DNA of 64,000 nucleotides from the human T2T-CHM13v2.0 reference genome, Homo sapiens. Positions 1-15,307 of the stretch are shown piece after piece. The notes under the pieces are model-generated. The model was not told the origin of the DNA, did not search any database, and saw only the letters and a list, made by a program, of their open reading frames with translations. The number at the start of each line of letters is the position of its first letter. The stretch's first letter is position 1. Location: the NCBI RefSeq assembly GCF_009914755.1, contig NC_060934.1; one strand, 5' to 3'. Made by a program: the position numbers and the translations under genes.

Positions 1-929
1 AGCAAATTATTGTGCTCCAGATCTCATCAGCCACTTTATTCACAAACGTTCTGCTATTCAAGTCTGTTGTCACTTCTGAGTACAAATCTCTTACTTTTCA
101 TTATTAACTGAAAAAAAGAATCTCACAAAACTCACATTGTAACAACTTGAATCGTTATCTGGGCATAAATAATTTGTATCATGTAATGATTAGATGAGTT
201 AAGCAAATAAAAATCTAAATTGCAGAGAAAAATTCTAAAGCAAACATTATAAAGAAACAAAAGTTGATTTTGACAGATAAAAATTAAAATAAGAGGGTAC
301 CTAATTTGCGGTATGAAATGATTTCATTATGTGTCACTAAAATAATTTTACATTGCCTTGCTCAATATAATTAATACTGAAAATTTCAAAAATCCGTCTT
401 AGTTATGTTGCCATTGTACTGATTATATATGGCCATATTATTTTGCCTAGTTATCTGAATCTTGATTTTAAGACCGTATGATCAGTAAACTATTATCCAC
501 CCATAGTCAACATTTTATTTAAGACAAATGTATTGTGTCAATCCCTTTTCTCTTTTGTAAGCCAAGATTCTATTTTGTACATAATTGTACATTTTAAGAC
601 AACATGTTTATGGTCAGGATATGAAGGAAAAAGAGATTAACAACTGAATTTTGTGGTTTTTGAAATGTTGTTTCAACAGTTTTTATTTTTATTTTTTTTT
701 TGTCTTTCTACTCATCCCTCCTTCTATTTCTTGATCTCCTTCTTCCTTCATTTTTTAAAATGTATGCTGCTCTGTAAAAGAAATTATACTAATCTCAAGT
801 CTGAGGAGAATATTAAGATATAAGAGATATTGTCATCGACCTCAACGGATTTTTATTTTGGTAGAAGAGAAAAAAAATTATAGGTTGATTGCTAAATAGA
901 GGTAGAGAGAGCTAGAGGTATTTATGAAT

Positions 930-968
930 ATGTGTGTGTGTGTGTGTGTTTGTGTGTTTGTGTGTGTG
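930..968. repeat. (TG)n microsatellite, interrupted
   Basis: tgtgtgtgtg...tttgtgtgtttgtgtgtgtg. Confidence 0.9.
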
Positions 969-1748
969 AAACAACACAAGGGAAAGCAATGTCCTGGGAA
1001 ACTGTGATTTTAGCAACACATTTATTATTAAAAAAGAAATGTAAATGAGCTTTAAATGATCAATAGCCTTAGAGAAATTAATGGAAATCAAGGTGTTGAC
1101 AAATGAAACCTTATGTTTGTATGTACCATATAACAGGAAGATTTCATTCTACATGGAAGAAATGTGGTGACATCCGTATTATGTGTCCTGTGACTCCAGC
1201 CCTAGCTCCCCTTTATTCTGACAAGCATTGCTAGGGCACAATCTCTGCTGCTAAAATGTAGATGTCAATAGAAATCAAGTATATCTTTGGCTGCTTCTCC
1301 AACCACAAGCCCGACACTAAGTTGGCCCCTTGATGGTTTTTGACACATGAAAGAATATAAGCAAACTTACATAAGGAGCAGATGACACTGGCTGGGAATT
1401 AAATTGGAATGATTCCTTTGTAAGATTCTCTAGTGGTTTGAGAACTAAAAGTGAGTGAATCCTTGTGACACAAGTTTGATGTAAACAAGTGGCCTTTTCC
1501 TTATTCCATTATGCTTAATTTACTCCATAGCATCTTTTGGGACAGACCACCTTCTATTCCCCTCAAAGAAGTACAGCAGTATAATAATATACCATAAATG
1601 CTACTTACCCTTGAAGTGAAATATCTGCTAGTTCTGAGCTTTGCCAGAACAATACTTCATATCATAAATCCACCCACATGGTAGATGCAGCTGTTGCTTA
1701 ATTATTTCATCAGGCACAAGGTTCATGGTTCCTTGGCTAAATCTTTAA

Positions 1749-2082
<334 letters not shown>

Positions 2083-3419
2083 GCCATAAACATTTATTTC
2101 TATTATTGACAAAAATAATATCTAATAACTAAAGACTCCAAAATATTGTTAATTATATATAAATGTACTGCCAAAAGCAATATCTCAATATTATTTACAA
2201 TATACCTATTGATACTTTTTATTTTTCAAGAATGAAAGAAAGCCAATTGTTTTGAAATAAAGCATGTTTTTCTTGTGAATATCTATGAAAGAATGTCTTC
2301 TACATGTCAAATATATTGTCTAGTATATAGTTCCTTTTAAAAAATGATACCAAAGTAGAATAACATAAAAACACTATTTTTAGATACGTACAGCCTTCCT
2401 TCTGTTATTTAGAATTGAGAATGCTTTATTCAAGCTAACTGGGTTTTTAACTTGCTGTTGTCAATTGTAATAGTGTTAAATAATGATGACTTAGGATTAT
2501 ATGGCTGAATTAGATATAGGGAACACTCTTACTGAGGAAAAAATAAGAGGTGACATTTCAACATTATACAAACCATATTTTTAAAGCTCACATTTTTTTA
2601 AAGGGTTCCGGGGACTATAAACACTCCTACTGAGTGAGCATCGTAGAAGTCCTTCTGGGTATTAATCTTATTCATCTAGTCTTGTCCATGTGTTATTTAT
2701 ATTTCTATACTGCTCAAATTTATTAAGATTTATTTGTCTCTTCTGTATGTCTTCAAAGTATTGTTTTCTGTCTACTAAATCTTTCAAAGATTCCAGGCTC
2801 AGGCATCATTTGTCTTTTCCTAAGCTCTGACTATTTTGAGCTCTATATTGTGTTCACAGTGCAAAGGTCCTGTTGATTTCCCCAAGATGAAAACATTACT
2901 GAGTTATGTGCAGAGACCTGAAGACAAAATCTGGCCCTGAAGTTGGTTGAGATTATTCATGGGGAGAATTTTCCAGCTCTTTTTTTTTTCCTGCCTAAAG
3001 CCATTGAATGCCTCTTAAATCACTGACATAAAATTTAGGTCAACACATTGCCTGGGGTCATTTAAATTTCAAATCTGCTGCCATTTTCTTGCTTGTAACT
3101 ATTGGGAGAGAAGAACATTGTGCCTACAGTTAGTGAGCTGGAGCTGAGAATCTGGCACAAGAAATTTCAACTCAGAGTCAAATTTATTTATGCTCAGCTG
3201 CAGGAAGTATGTCAGGAAGGTTAATGAGTCTAAATTGGCATTCTGTCTTCTGACTCAGAGCTGAATTGAAAACCACGTATAGTGATAAGGGTTAGCCTCT
3301 GCCAGATTTTGTACCACTTGTTGGAGTTTAGGACTTGGTAAATTTTTTGTGAGTGTGGAAGAATTTTGACTCCATAGAAATTATAAGCAAAACTCAGATT
3401 TCATAATTTGCTCAAACAA

Positions 3420-3545
3420 TTTGTTTTGTTTTGTTTTGAGACAGGGTCTTGTTCTGTTGCCCAGGCTGGAAGGCACTGGTTCTATCATAGCTTACTGCAG
3501 CCCTTAACTTCTGGGCTCAAGTGATCTGCCCACCACTGTGGCTAG
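3420..3545 (-). mobile_element. Alu right-arm fragment (AluJ/FRAM-like)
   Basis: (TTTTG)n tail, then gagacagggtcttgttctgttgcccaggctgg. Confidence 0.85.
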
Positions 3546-4144
3546 CCCTTTTTTTCCAACTGCAGAACAAGTAATATGTACCCTATGGTGATGTGGTGAG
3601 GGTTAAACATGAAAATACATGTGATGGACACAGCTGGTTCATAGTTAAGACCTTAAGAAATCATTAGAGCCATCATTTTTGTAACTGGTATGAATCTTTA
3701 CAATTCTATTCAAAATTAGGACTGTTTTGTGTTTTAGAAAAAAAAAATATATGAGTTTTAGAGTAACTGCAAAAAGAATTACAAAGCCCATCTCCTCAAA
3801 TGATCCTGACCTATTATTGTGCATCTCAATTCAGAAAGCATCTCAATACATCTAAAAGTCTATTAGTTGTATTTATTTCTTTAAATTTTATTGTTTCTAA
3901 AATAACTGAAGGTAGCTTTAGAAGGAAGTGCTTACATGTACATCATTTCATTTATCCTCAAAATAATATTTTATATCAGGAGATATTACTTTCATGTTAT
4001 ACCTAATGTATATGTATATATATTTATTTAATCTGAGCTGTTCACGCTAATTCGCCATCCCAATTTTTTAAAATAAAACTGTAATTGTGTTCTACATACT
4101 CTTCTCCTGCTGCCAAAGTTAAATGCCTAAATATTATCTTATTG

Positions 4145-4515
4145 TGTATTCATCATCTTCAGCTGCTTTAACAAAATATCATAGACTGGGCGACTTAAAC
4201 AACAGCCATTTATTTTCCTATAGTTCTGAGGGCTGGAAGTCTGAGATCAGGGCGCCAGCATAGTTGGGTTCCGGTGAGGGCACTCTTACTGGCTTGCAAG
4301 CTGCTGTGTCTTCCTATGGTGAAAAGGGAGATCTGATGTCTCTTTCTTCTTATAAGGACACCAGCGCTAATGGATCAGAGCTCCATTCTAATGACCTAAT
4401 TTAACCTTATCCTTTCCTTAAAGGCTGTATCTCCAATACAGTCACACAGGTGGTTAAGGCTTCAACATATGAATTTGGAGAGGGGAAGGGAGTGGGCACA
4501 ATTCAGCTCATAGCA
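4145..4515 (-). mobile_element. MaLR solo LTR (MLT1A-like)
   Basis: atcatagactgggcgacttaaacaacagccatttatttt...ggctggaagtctgagatcaggg...ggcttcaacatatgaatttgg...cagctcatagca. Confidence 0.85.
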
Positions 4516-5466
4516 CATAATATGGACTGAATAACACATTTTAGGAGGAAAATTAACAGTTAATTAGCACTGTTACTGTGTACTTTGAAATTGCTAACTA
4601 ACAATAAGCATCCAATTGATCTGTTTTTAATTTCTTCAGTTAAAATCTCAGTAAATTGATCCCAGGGTTATATAATTAGTTTTCCCAATATCTATTTTGC
4701 CCCCAGTTAACTTTTGTTACTTACTTCTACTTAAGTCGTGGTCACAGAATATGGTTGATACCTTTTTTAAAAAAATAATTCATTGAGACTTGATTTACAG
4801 CCTAGAATCTGACTAGTTACCATAAATGTTCCATGCATGCTTTAAAAGAGTAGGTATTCTTAATTTCTGGTCAGTATTGTACATATGCCCCTTCAACGAA
4901 GCTGATTAATTATGCTAAGTTTTTATATCTTATACATATTTTCCTTACTTGATCTATCAATTTCAGAGGGGGGAAATAATAAAAATTATGGCTTTATGAT
5001 AAATATGCTTATATTTGCCTATGATTCTTTGTTTTTAGCTGTACATATTTTAAGGCTGTATTAGTTGATGTGAATGAGTTTAAACTTGCTATATCTTATT
5101 TGTTAATTGCTCCTTTCATAATTATGAAGTAACTCTCCATCTCTGTTATTTTTGTTTGTTTGTTTCCAAGCCTATATTTTCTGATATTAACATATCTATA
5201 TATTACTTGGTTGGCCTATATTTTTTATCCAAATTTACCACTTGAAACAGCCCATAGTATATTTTTAATTTCAATATGGTAATTTTTCTTAGAACTGTTA
5301 TGTTGAAGTATACGTACAGCATTATTTTCAGCTTTATATTGACCTTGCTTTTTCTCTAATTATGTTCATTTTATTTCTATTTTTATTATTTATATTTCAT
5401 TATTTTTCTTTATTTTTTTTTCCTTCTGTTTCTTCTCTTCAGTTAACATTTAAAAATGCAAGATAA

Positions 5467-5821
<355 letters not shown>

Positions 5822-6294
5822 TCAACAACAAAAGTACAACTTAATCAGTATTTTTATCCTACTCCTGAATAATACTGAATAACTAAGCTCTGATCATTTC
5901 CTCTAATCTCTTAATAATGTTGTAGACTAATATTTTGCTCTATTTTTTTTACTTCCAAATTGGGCAGTGTCATTTTTGTTGTTCTATGCAATGTTTGCTT
6001 AGATTTCCTGTATTTTTACCTATTTATTTTGTCACCATTTTATCTTATATTTTAGAGATTTTTTTATGGGATAATTCATGTGCTTTCTAAAGTATATTTT
6101 TAGAAGTTTAATCAATGAGAATCTGATCATGCTAAATTCTGCTTTATGATCTTCTTAAGTAAGATCTTTCTTAAGTAAGAAAGTCAGGAACAAAATTCTA
6201 AGTCAATAGCTATTTTCAGTTAGCATGTGAAAGATGACACTGTCTGGCTTTCACATTTACTGTTAGATGGCAATATAACTGCAGTTCCTTTACA

Positions 6295-7029
<735 letters not shown>

Positions 7030-8117
7030 GTGTTGTGCCTTTTTGTAAACTATCTATTTATCTTTGATTTTCTGTGGTTCTACTATGATATATATTTTTA
7101 CATGTGGATTTCTTTATGTTGATCTCATTTGAGATTTTTTTTTTACCTATTTCTTATCAATTTAGAAGCTCTTAGCCTTTAGCTATTTGAATAGTGTCTA
7201 CCTTTAGTCTCTTAATGCTCTCTTCTTGGAACACCAATTTAATGTATTTTAGACCTTCTTACCCTTAATCTTCCATGTCTCCTAAGTTCTTGCTATATTG
7301 TATATCTCCTTAACTCTGTATTTTATTCTGGATAATTTCTTCACTCTGTCTTCAAGTTTACTAATTCTCTCTTTCTTCCTGTCTAATCTGCTTTTTAATT
7401 CATTTTTTATAATTTTTGTGATTATACTTTTTATTTCTAGAATTTCTTTTTTACATTTCTTTCTGATATTTCTGACCATTTTTTAATATTTATAGTTTTT
7501 CTTTATGTTTTGCCTTTCTTGTTTTATTTTTATAAACATCATAAACATTGCTATTTTATAGTCTGTATCTTATGGGTCTGAAGTCCTTGGTATTTAATTT
7601 TGCTATTTGATTTTTCTGACTCCTTCATGTGGGATCATATTTGATTGAATTTAATTTGTGAAATCACAATTGACCTGGATGTTACATGTCTTCCTAAAGA
7701 GAAAATACATGTTTACATGACCCAGGCCACCACTGAGATATCTTCACTTGAGTTATTCAGATTCACACAGGTAGTAAAAATTAAAACAACTAACCAATTT
7801 GACTAAGTTGTCAATTTTTAAGAGGGCTTTCACATTTAATTTTATACCCTGAGTCAAGACGAAGCCAGCCAATTCTTGTGTTGGTTTCCTTGATGATCTT
7901 ATAAGTTTTCCTGTTTCACCTTTACACTGAAGTGTAAACTTTCATAGGCACATGATTTGTTCAAGGATCTCAGTTGTATCTTCTAGCTAGCAGAGACCCA
8001 AGGTTCTGTCTTTCATTCACCATGTGTCTATTAAAACTCAAGACCTGGACTGGTTCTTGTACTGTAAAAAACCTCCAGAGCCATCCCAAGGTCAGTCCAT
8101 GTTTACTACTCTAGTTT

Positions 8118-8610
8118 TATTCATTCTTTTGTTTAATAAATGTGTACTGACAACTTGCTAGGTGCCTGGCACTAAAAAACAGAGCAGAGTCTCCACTCTG
8201 CCTGGCTCCCATTCTGTTTGTGGTAATGCCAACAAATAAAATATGAAAGGTGGTGACAAGTGCTAAGAAGAAAAATTAAGTGAAAAGAGAAAATAAAGAA
8301 TAATTATATTTTATGAAGAGTAGCCGGGAAAGGCCAACATGATAAGATGTTCTTTGATCAGAGACCAGTGAAAGTGAGGGAGTACTTAGGTGGATATCTG
8401 GATGGAATAGACACAAGTAGAAATCACTGAGATGGGAGCTGTTTGAAGAGCAATGAGGAAATTGGAGATAAAGTCAGAAAGATGGGGAGTGTGGTAGTGA
8501 GGAGTTTCAGTAAGGGGAAAATCATGAAGGATCTTGTGAACCACTGTGAAGTATTTTTATTTTACACTAAGTGATAAAATCTGAGGAATGATGTGATATG
8601 ACTTACAGTT
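8118..8610 (-). mobile_element. L2 3' region
   Basis: ttcatt...aataaatgtgtactga...ctaggtgcctggcact, followed by a purine-rich L2-like body. Confidence 0.7.
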
Positions 8611-9173
8611 CTCTGGACCACTGTAATTTTCATTTCTCATCTTGTGACCCCACTGTGTTTTTAAAGAATATCTTATTTATTGAATGCATGTGGGATATTG
8701 TATCTTTCAGTAAGCATAATCCATCAGAAATATAAATCCACCTGTATTTATTCAATTTATATCACTTTAATGTATATTATCATGATCGAGATTTGAGAAT
8801 AGACTTTTTAACATCTGAAGTCTAATGATTTGCTTTAATATATTTTTAGCCATAAGCAGCTATTTATCTCATTCCTGTGATATGCTGCTTTTTTAATGTG
8901 AATATAATCTTGTATTGATCACACACAATCTCAGGGAATTTTTCCCCCTTTGGATAGTGTCACAATTGGAGTTCACCTACTTTTAATAACCTAGACTGTG
9001 CTAGTGACCATGTAGTACCCTAAGTATTGATTAGAATGCAGAGGGGCATATTGGAGAATACCAAGAGACTTTTGTCTCTTTCTACTTAGTTCAACCTGTA
9101 ATTTCATTTCTTCCTTTGATTAAATTATGCAAGGCTAGAATTTAAATGGCCTATCTTAAAAGTGAACTGGAAG

Positions 9174-9396
9174 TTTTTTGGTTTTTGTTTTTTTATTATA
9201 CTTTAAGTTCTGGGGTACATGTGCAGAATGTGCAGGTTTGTTCCATAAATATACATGTGCCATGGTGGTTTGCCCCCATCATGCACCCATCAACCTGTCA
9301 TGTACATTAGGTATTTCTCCTAATGCTATCCCTCCCCTAGCCCCCAATCCCCCAACAGGCCCTGGTGTGTGATGTTCCCCTCCCTGTGTCTATGTG
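9174..9396 (-). mobile_element. L1PA (about PA7/8) 3' end, 5'-truncated, with TSD
   Basis: ttattatactttaagttctggggtacatgtgcagaatgtgcagg...; TSD AGTGAACTGGAAGTTTTT at 9161 and 9397. Confidence 0.92.
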
Positions 9397-11011
9397 AGTG
9401 AACTGGAAGTTTTTGACAGGTGTTTGGCATAGGACTGGGGTTTCATCAGGATGTATAAATCAGTTATACCTACTTCTTTTTTAACTTCAAATTTTCATAT
9501 CGTATTAAATTTCTTATGATATGAAAAAATTATCATTTCATAAACAAGAAATTTGGCAGATTCTATTGCTTTTAATTACATTGTGTGGTGAATCACAAGC
9601 AGTATTTTGAATAAAGAATAACTTTACATCTCAAAACTGCTCAACAGTGTGGTCTTAAAGACAATTTAAAAATTAGGAGTTCGAATGTAAGTTAGATTTC
9701 AACTCAATGTACTGCTACCAATGGAGGGAATTAAATCGAGGTGACAATTTGGATGAACCCGAGACGTTCTAGCATAGCTAAAATATAATTAGTGGGGTTG
9801 AACAATAGTAATTTTGTCAATACTGTTTCCTATACTTGGAGTCTGGCAAGTTTATTCTCCAGGTTGATTCTAAGATACATCTTGAATGCATAAATATTAA
9901 TATGCGAGTTAAAAAAGAGGATATGGAGGAGGGAAGGGATCTTAGCATTAAAGAAGCAGGATTTTAACTACTCCAAGGCTGGCTTTATGTTTATTCAAAC
10001 TTTTTTGGGTATGAAGCAAATGTTACGTAGGTATCTAAAGATGGAACTACTAATATATTTCTGCTTTATGAAGAGAAGACTGAATGGTTTTCAGTGAGGG
10101 AAAAATTTTTACAAGAAACTCTCCTGGTTACTTTATAGCTGTAATCCTTCAAACACAGTTGGTACATCAGTCTTACTATTAGATAGCATATGAAATATAA
10201 CACTGACCCAGAAATCATAAAAGTGGTTCAAAAGGTGACTGTTTTATTATGACCACTATGTCCTAAACTATTTGGGAAATGACCAAAAAATGCTTTTGAG
10301 TTGATACACTAGCATACTTATACTGGCACAGCAGGAATGTGTGTACACAAATATGAGTGTACTGTATCATGTCTTGCTGACCTTGTTGAGAAAGACTGAT
10401 TCTGCAAATAACAAAAGGATATAAAATTGCAATTTTTATCAAGTCAAGACATCATCCATCAAGGGAAAAGTTTAAACACCATTAAGTCTAAAAAATAAGA
10501 TTCCCTTTCAGGGTATTTGAGACACCGAGTTGTCAAAGTTCTACATGGTATGGCCTCAAGACTAGAGCATTAGTAAGTACTTACTCAAAAGCATTTACTA
10601 AGTTAAAACCAAAAGATGTCTAGTTACTTATCTACCCAAAGTGTTTCCAGTCAGCTGCTCCACTGATTTTTGTCCTCCCCTTCGAATTGTTTTAATATAA
10701 GTATTTAAAGTTTGCTAATTTTGCTAATTTGGATACATTTAAAAATTTTAAAGTTGTTTTTCCTGGGGCCCCATGTAATATTCCTAAAGACTTTAAGATT
10801 CTATAGTTCTTGAACAAAATTTCCAGAGAAATTCATCTCCTTCTGATAACTGTGGAAGCCAATAAACTACACTTGCCTTCTTCATCTTCTCTGAAATCCT
10901 CCCAGTCAAGCCTTGTTGGACTCCACCCATTTCACCAGCCTGTCATCATTTCAGGGAGGGTCGTGGGCCCTTATGAAAGAAGGTGGGACCAGATTGTCAT
11001 CAAGACTTGCA

Positions 11012-11144
11012 CTGTCAGTGCTAGTAATCCTAGCATTTTGAGAGGCCAAAACAGGAGAATCACTTACAGCCAGGAGTTTGGGACCAGCCTGGGCAAAATA
11101 GTGAGACTTATTTCTATTAAAACAAAAAAAAAAAGAAAAGCAAA
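11012..11144 (+). mobile_element. FLAM/Alu monomer
   Basis: gtaatcctagcattttgagaggcc...ccagcctgggcaaaatagtgagac plus A tail; AAGACTTGCA on both flanks. Confidence 0.85.
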
Positions 11145-11151
11145 AAGACTT

Positions 11152-11360
11152 GCATTGTTCAGTAGAGCAATAGAGTAGCAACCAGACACATGTGGGTCAT
11201 TTGAATTTATATTCAAATTAATTAAAATTATATTAAAGTAAAAATGTATGTCTTCAGTTACGCTCACCACATTTCAAGCACTCAGGAGCCCATGTGGCTA
11301 GTGATCATCATCACAGAGGAATATTTCCATCCTCACAGAAAGTTCTGCTGGAAAGCATTG
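11152..11360 (-). mobile_element. MER3 (hAT-Charlie MITE)
   Basis: ccagacacatgtgg...aattaattaaaatt...ccacatttcaagcactc...catgtggctagtg...acagaaagttct. Confidence 0.8.
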
Positions 11361-11909
11361 GTTCAGGCCAAACAAAGAAACCAAACAATCCTTCATCTAA
11401 AATTTATGAGCATGTTAAGACCTCATTTAAACCATTATATATTACTCAGAGTTTCAAAAAGTCACCAATGCACAAAAAAAAAAAAAAAAATAGTATTTCA
11501 ATTCATCATTTTCCTCCCACTGTTAACCTGAGCAAAGAATGATCAAAAAGTATGTAGGAGAAGCAAAGGAAGTGAAGAACCAATCAGCAGCATTCTTTTA
11601 TTTTGAAGACAGTTGTACCTCCATTTCCCTGTATAACAAGTTATCTGTGAAAATAAAAGTCTGCTAAATTTTGAAATACTGATTTATTTATTTGTTTTCT
11701 GCTTCACATTGTTGTGTTGTTTTCCATGGTCACAAATAAGCCAGAAACCATTTGCTGTGGAGATTTATGTGACAACACTTATTTTAAAGTAATAGCGGGT
11801 GTCTCATTAATCTCAGTTGTCTATTCTTTTTTTGCTTATCTCCTGGCATTGATTCAAGGCTAATGTAATTAAATGATCATCCTGAAAGAAATGAGCTTCA
11901 AAGCAGTTT

Positions 11910-12400
11910 TACACTTTTTATTAAAATATGACATGATGAAAACTACACAAATCATAAGTGTACAGCTCAATTAAATATCACCAAATGAACATACCAGTGT
12001 AAGTCCCACCCATTTCAAGCCCCTAAAGCCCCCTGTATGTGCCCTCCCAATAATTACCCCTTCCTTTTTTCTCAGAAGTAGCCACTGTCCTGACTTCTTA
12101 CATTTCAGATGAAGTTGTCCTATTTCTGGGATGGAATTATACAATGCCTTTTTTAATGTGTGATGTCATTGGCTCAATGTTATGCTTGTGATATACCAAT
12201 ATTGTTGCATGTGATTGTATTTCTTTCATTTTTATTGTTGTCTAGTATTCCATTGTATGCATATACCATAAAACCCACTCTACTATTGATGGACATGTGA
12301 CTTGCTGTATTGTTATGGACACTTTTGTACCTTTCTTGTATTCAATAATGCACACATTCTTGTTTGTTATACCTCTTAATGCATTTTTATTTTTTGCATT
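11910..12400 (-). mobile_element. Old L1 (L1MC/ME-type) 3' end
   Basis: cacaaatcataagtgtacagctcaat...tagtattccattgtatgcatatacca...ctactattgatggacat. Confidence 0.75.
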
Positions 12401-13429
12401 TTAAAGTGGAAGTGACTTGAGACAGAATGCATAATTCAGCTGTCCCTATTTTACAAATGCAAAGTGTGCAAAGTTTGGGATTTCTATTGTCAGTGTTGGT
12501 GTTGTTTTAAAGAAGTTATAATGTGCTTTTTCAGGAATATCTGGTTCAGAATGGGGCAGGTCTGCCACAACAGAACAGTAAGAATTCTGCACCCTTAATA
12601 AATACACTCGCCAGTGTCTAAACAAGTAACAAAGACTCATAAAGCACTGTCTGTAATTCTCCCAGCTTCTAGCTATGATTAGAGTCAGTTGCCACAATGT
12701 CCAAAGATAATGCCAGCCACTAAAGCAGAACCCAGGGTCTCATCCCCCATTTGTGCTCAGAGAGGCACTAGGTTTTGGGGACAGTTTGGAAAAATGACCT
12801 CAAGGTTTTTGTGTATGTTAAGTGCATCTTTAACAAATCCCTGGTTTGCGCATCAGAAGGAGAGGGAATTGGGCAGGAGCATAGGTGAGATAGGGACATG
12901 GAAGATCCCATATTTTGGTTTCATGGTCAACCTCTTGGATATGAGAGGTTTTTTTATTATTTGCAGCATAGGGTCAAGACAAATGTTATATTCTTCCTTG
13001 TGAGTTGAGTAAAGGAGAAAAAAAGAGAATTAAAGATCAGTCTTTTGTTCTCATTGTTGGCACATTTAGCCACTTGATAAGCCATTAATTAGAAAATGAA
13101 GAGCTGAGTGGATTCAGGGAGAAAGAGGTCATGCTTTCCCAGCATTATCTCAAAGTTTAGCTTAGAAACAATCATTAACAAATATAAAGGGCAACACCTA
13201 TGCAGCTAGCTCCACAAGCTATTCTTGACACGCTGGGGCTCCCTACAAGCAACAAGCAAGGGAAGCCATTGATTGGGAGGGTCTGGGTAGGCTTCTGAAC
13301 AGAACAAGTAGATTATATGTAGATTTTACCTCCTATCTGAGCAAATAGAATGCATTCTGGGAATTTACATATTTCTAATGTTCAAGCATAGTTGGGATTG
13401 GGATTTTTTAAATAATAAATTGAATAAAA

Positions 13430-13555
13430 ATAAAAATTCTTAGCATACACCACCACCCTAGATCTACTTAAGTCTGAATCCCTGGGGATGGAGCCCAGGA
13501 ATCCTTGTTTTTGATAAGTTTACAGGAAATTCTAATATGCAGTCAGCATCGGAAT
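13430..13555. mobile_element. MER5-type fragment
   Basis: tctgaatccctggggatggagcccaggaatc...ttctaatatgcag. Confidence 0.65.
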
Positions 13556-14716
13556 GATTCTAAATAGAGCCTGGTGGTGTTTGGATTATCTTTGCTCTAT
13601 ATGATAAAGGGTTATTAGATTGCATTGTTGGATTGTTTAATAGGATTGAAAAGGTGGCATAACTTAAGAAAATGGGTTTGTAATTTTTATTTCTGTATTT
13701 TACATTAACCAGAAAACAGTGTGTGCCATAGTTAAATGTCTTATTTGGAGGCAGCTGGTTCAAGCTGCAAACACATGATCCCTGGAGCTCAAGAAAAGGC
13801 AGAGACGAGTGTGTCTGGTAGAGTCAAGTCTGAAACAGTGGCTGGATGTTCCACACAAACTACCCCAGGGGCTTCAGGGTGAACATCAGTTATTATCTTG
13901 GGATATAATACACTGATGTCTTTGGGGACTACTGCAGTGCATTATTAATCTGAGTGGTCTCCTAATTCATCTGTATGATTTTTAGGATTCATTCATTTAT
14001 AGATATTTATAAATTTTAATGAATATTTATTGATCACCTAGTACCATGCCAGGTATTAGGCTAGATATTTAGAAATACAAGAAGGAAGACAAGGTCTCTG
14101 ACATTTAGATGTTATTCCTCCCTTATTTTTAACTGTTGTTTCTTATTCCTACAAATGTCCTCTTGCAGCTGTCCATGTGCTGAAAATCTATGTTGCTAAG
14201 TCAGAAACATTATTTTTCATTCAATTCTGAGTCAGTAGTCTCGCAAAAGGACCTGTTTTACACTCAGGGTTCCTAAGAAGTAACCTATTGCTTTTTTCTC
14301 TCTGTTTTCCTCTTTCTTTCTTTCTTTTTCTTTCTTTTATTGGCTTTTGACTGAGTTATTGATGGCTGGAGTTGCTGAATGTTTCACTCAGAAAAATTTA
14401 GATTCTGTGAAGAGATGGGATCCTTTGTGAGTTACTTAGAGCCACAGAAATATTTTCCACCTAGATTCTTGTGATTTTTCTTAATAATTGCTCTCCTTTG
14501 GAGAAATCTGAACTTTTCATTTCGCTTTCTAAAACTCTTAAGTTACTTCCTATAACTTTCAGCATAAAGATCAAACTCCTTAGCTTATCTCTGGAGACAC
14601 TGGGGAACTAGGTCTTGCCTTATCTCCTAGTACTCCTTTATATTCCCCACATCACCAAACCATTTACATAGTTCTGTGATAGTGAGGCAGGAGAATAGGG
14701 TCTGGGGGCAGGGAAC

Positions 14717-14921
14717 TTTTTTTTTTTTTTTTAATGTTTTTTTTTTTATTATACTCTAAGTTTTAGGGTACATGTGCACATTGTGCAGGTTAGTTACATA
14801 TGTATTCATGTGCCATGCTGATGCGCTGCACCCACTAACGTGTCATCTAGCATTAGGTATATCTCCCAATGCTATCCCTCCCCCCTCCCCCGACCCCACC
14901 ACAGTCCCCAGAGTGTGATAT
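14717..14921 (-). mobile_element. L1HS pre-Ta 3' end (~205 bp, 5'-truncated)
   Basis: L1 sense reads GATGAC-ACG-TTAGTGGG (the ACG pre-Ta diagnostic), AAAACTTAGAGTATAAT (human-specific G) and GGGGTCGGGGG. Short TSD AACTT at 14714 and 14922. Confidence 0.9.
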
Positions 14922-15238
14922 AACTTAAGGCCAATTAACGGGAACTTCCTAAAGCTAAACCAAAATGAAAAACCCCACCTCCCCACACCCAAGAAACAAA
15001 GGATCAAAGGCTACTCTACCTACAACCTCCCCCTTCCACCACATCTCAGATGGAAAAGGAAAGTGCCTTGGAGTGGCCACAGGCCACACACGGGCCACCA
15101 CTTCATCTGCATATGGTGTCAATCTGCTCTAGTATTGGGTTAGCCGCAGGCCAATTCACCTCAGCCTTTAATTAGCCACGAGCCAAATCCTTCATCCGGA
15201 TAAAAGGTAGCTGATAAGAACCTCAAAAGAATACTTAA

Positions 15239-15307
15239 TGTATACATATGTAACTAACCTGCACAATGTGCACATGTACCCTAAAACTTAAAGTATAATA
15301 AAAAAAA
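15239..15307 (+). mobile_element. Very short young L1 (L1PA2/L1HS-like) 3' end
   Basis: tgtatacatatgtaactaacctgcacaatgtgcacatgtaccctaaaacttaaagtataataaaa; 14-bp TSD AAAAGAATACTTAA at 15225 and 15308. Confidence 0.92.

Noticed and set aside
7282-7479. Coiled-coil ORF
   Set aside because: Decayed L1 ORF1 remnant, short and embedded in a degraded element.
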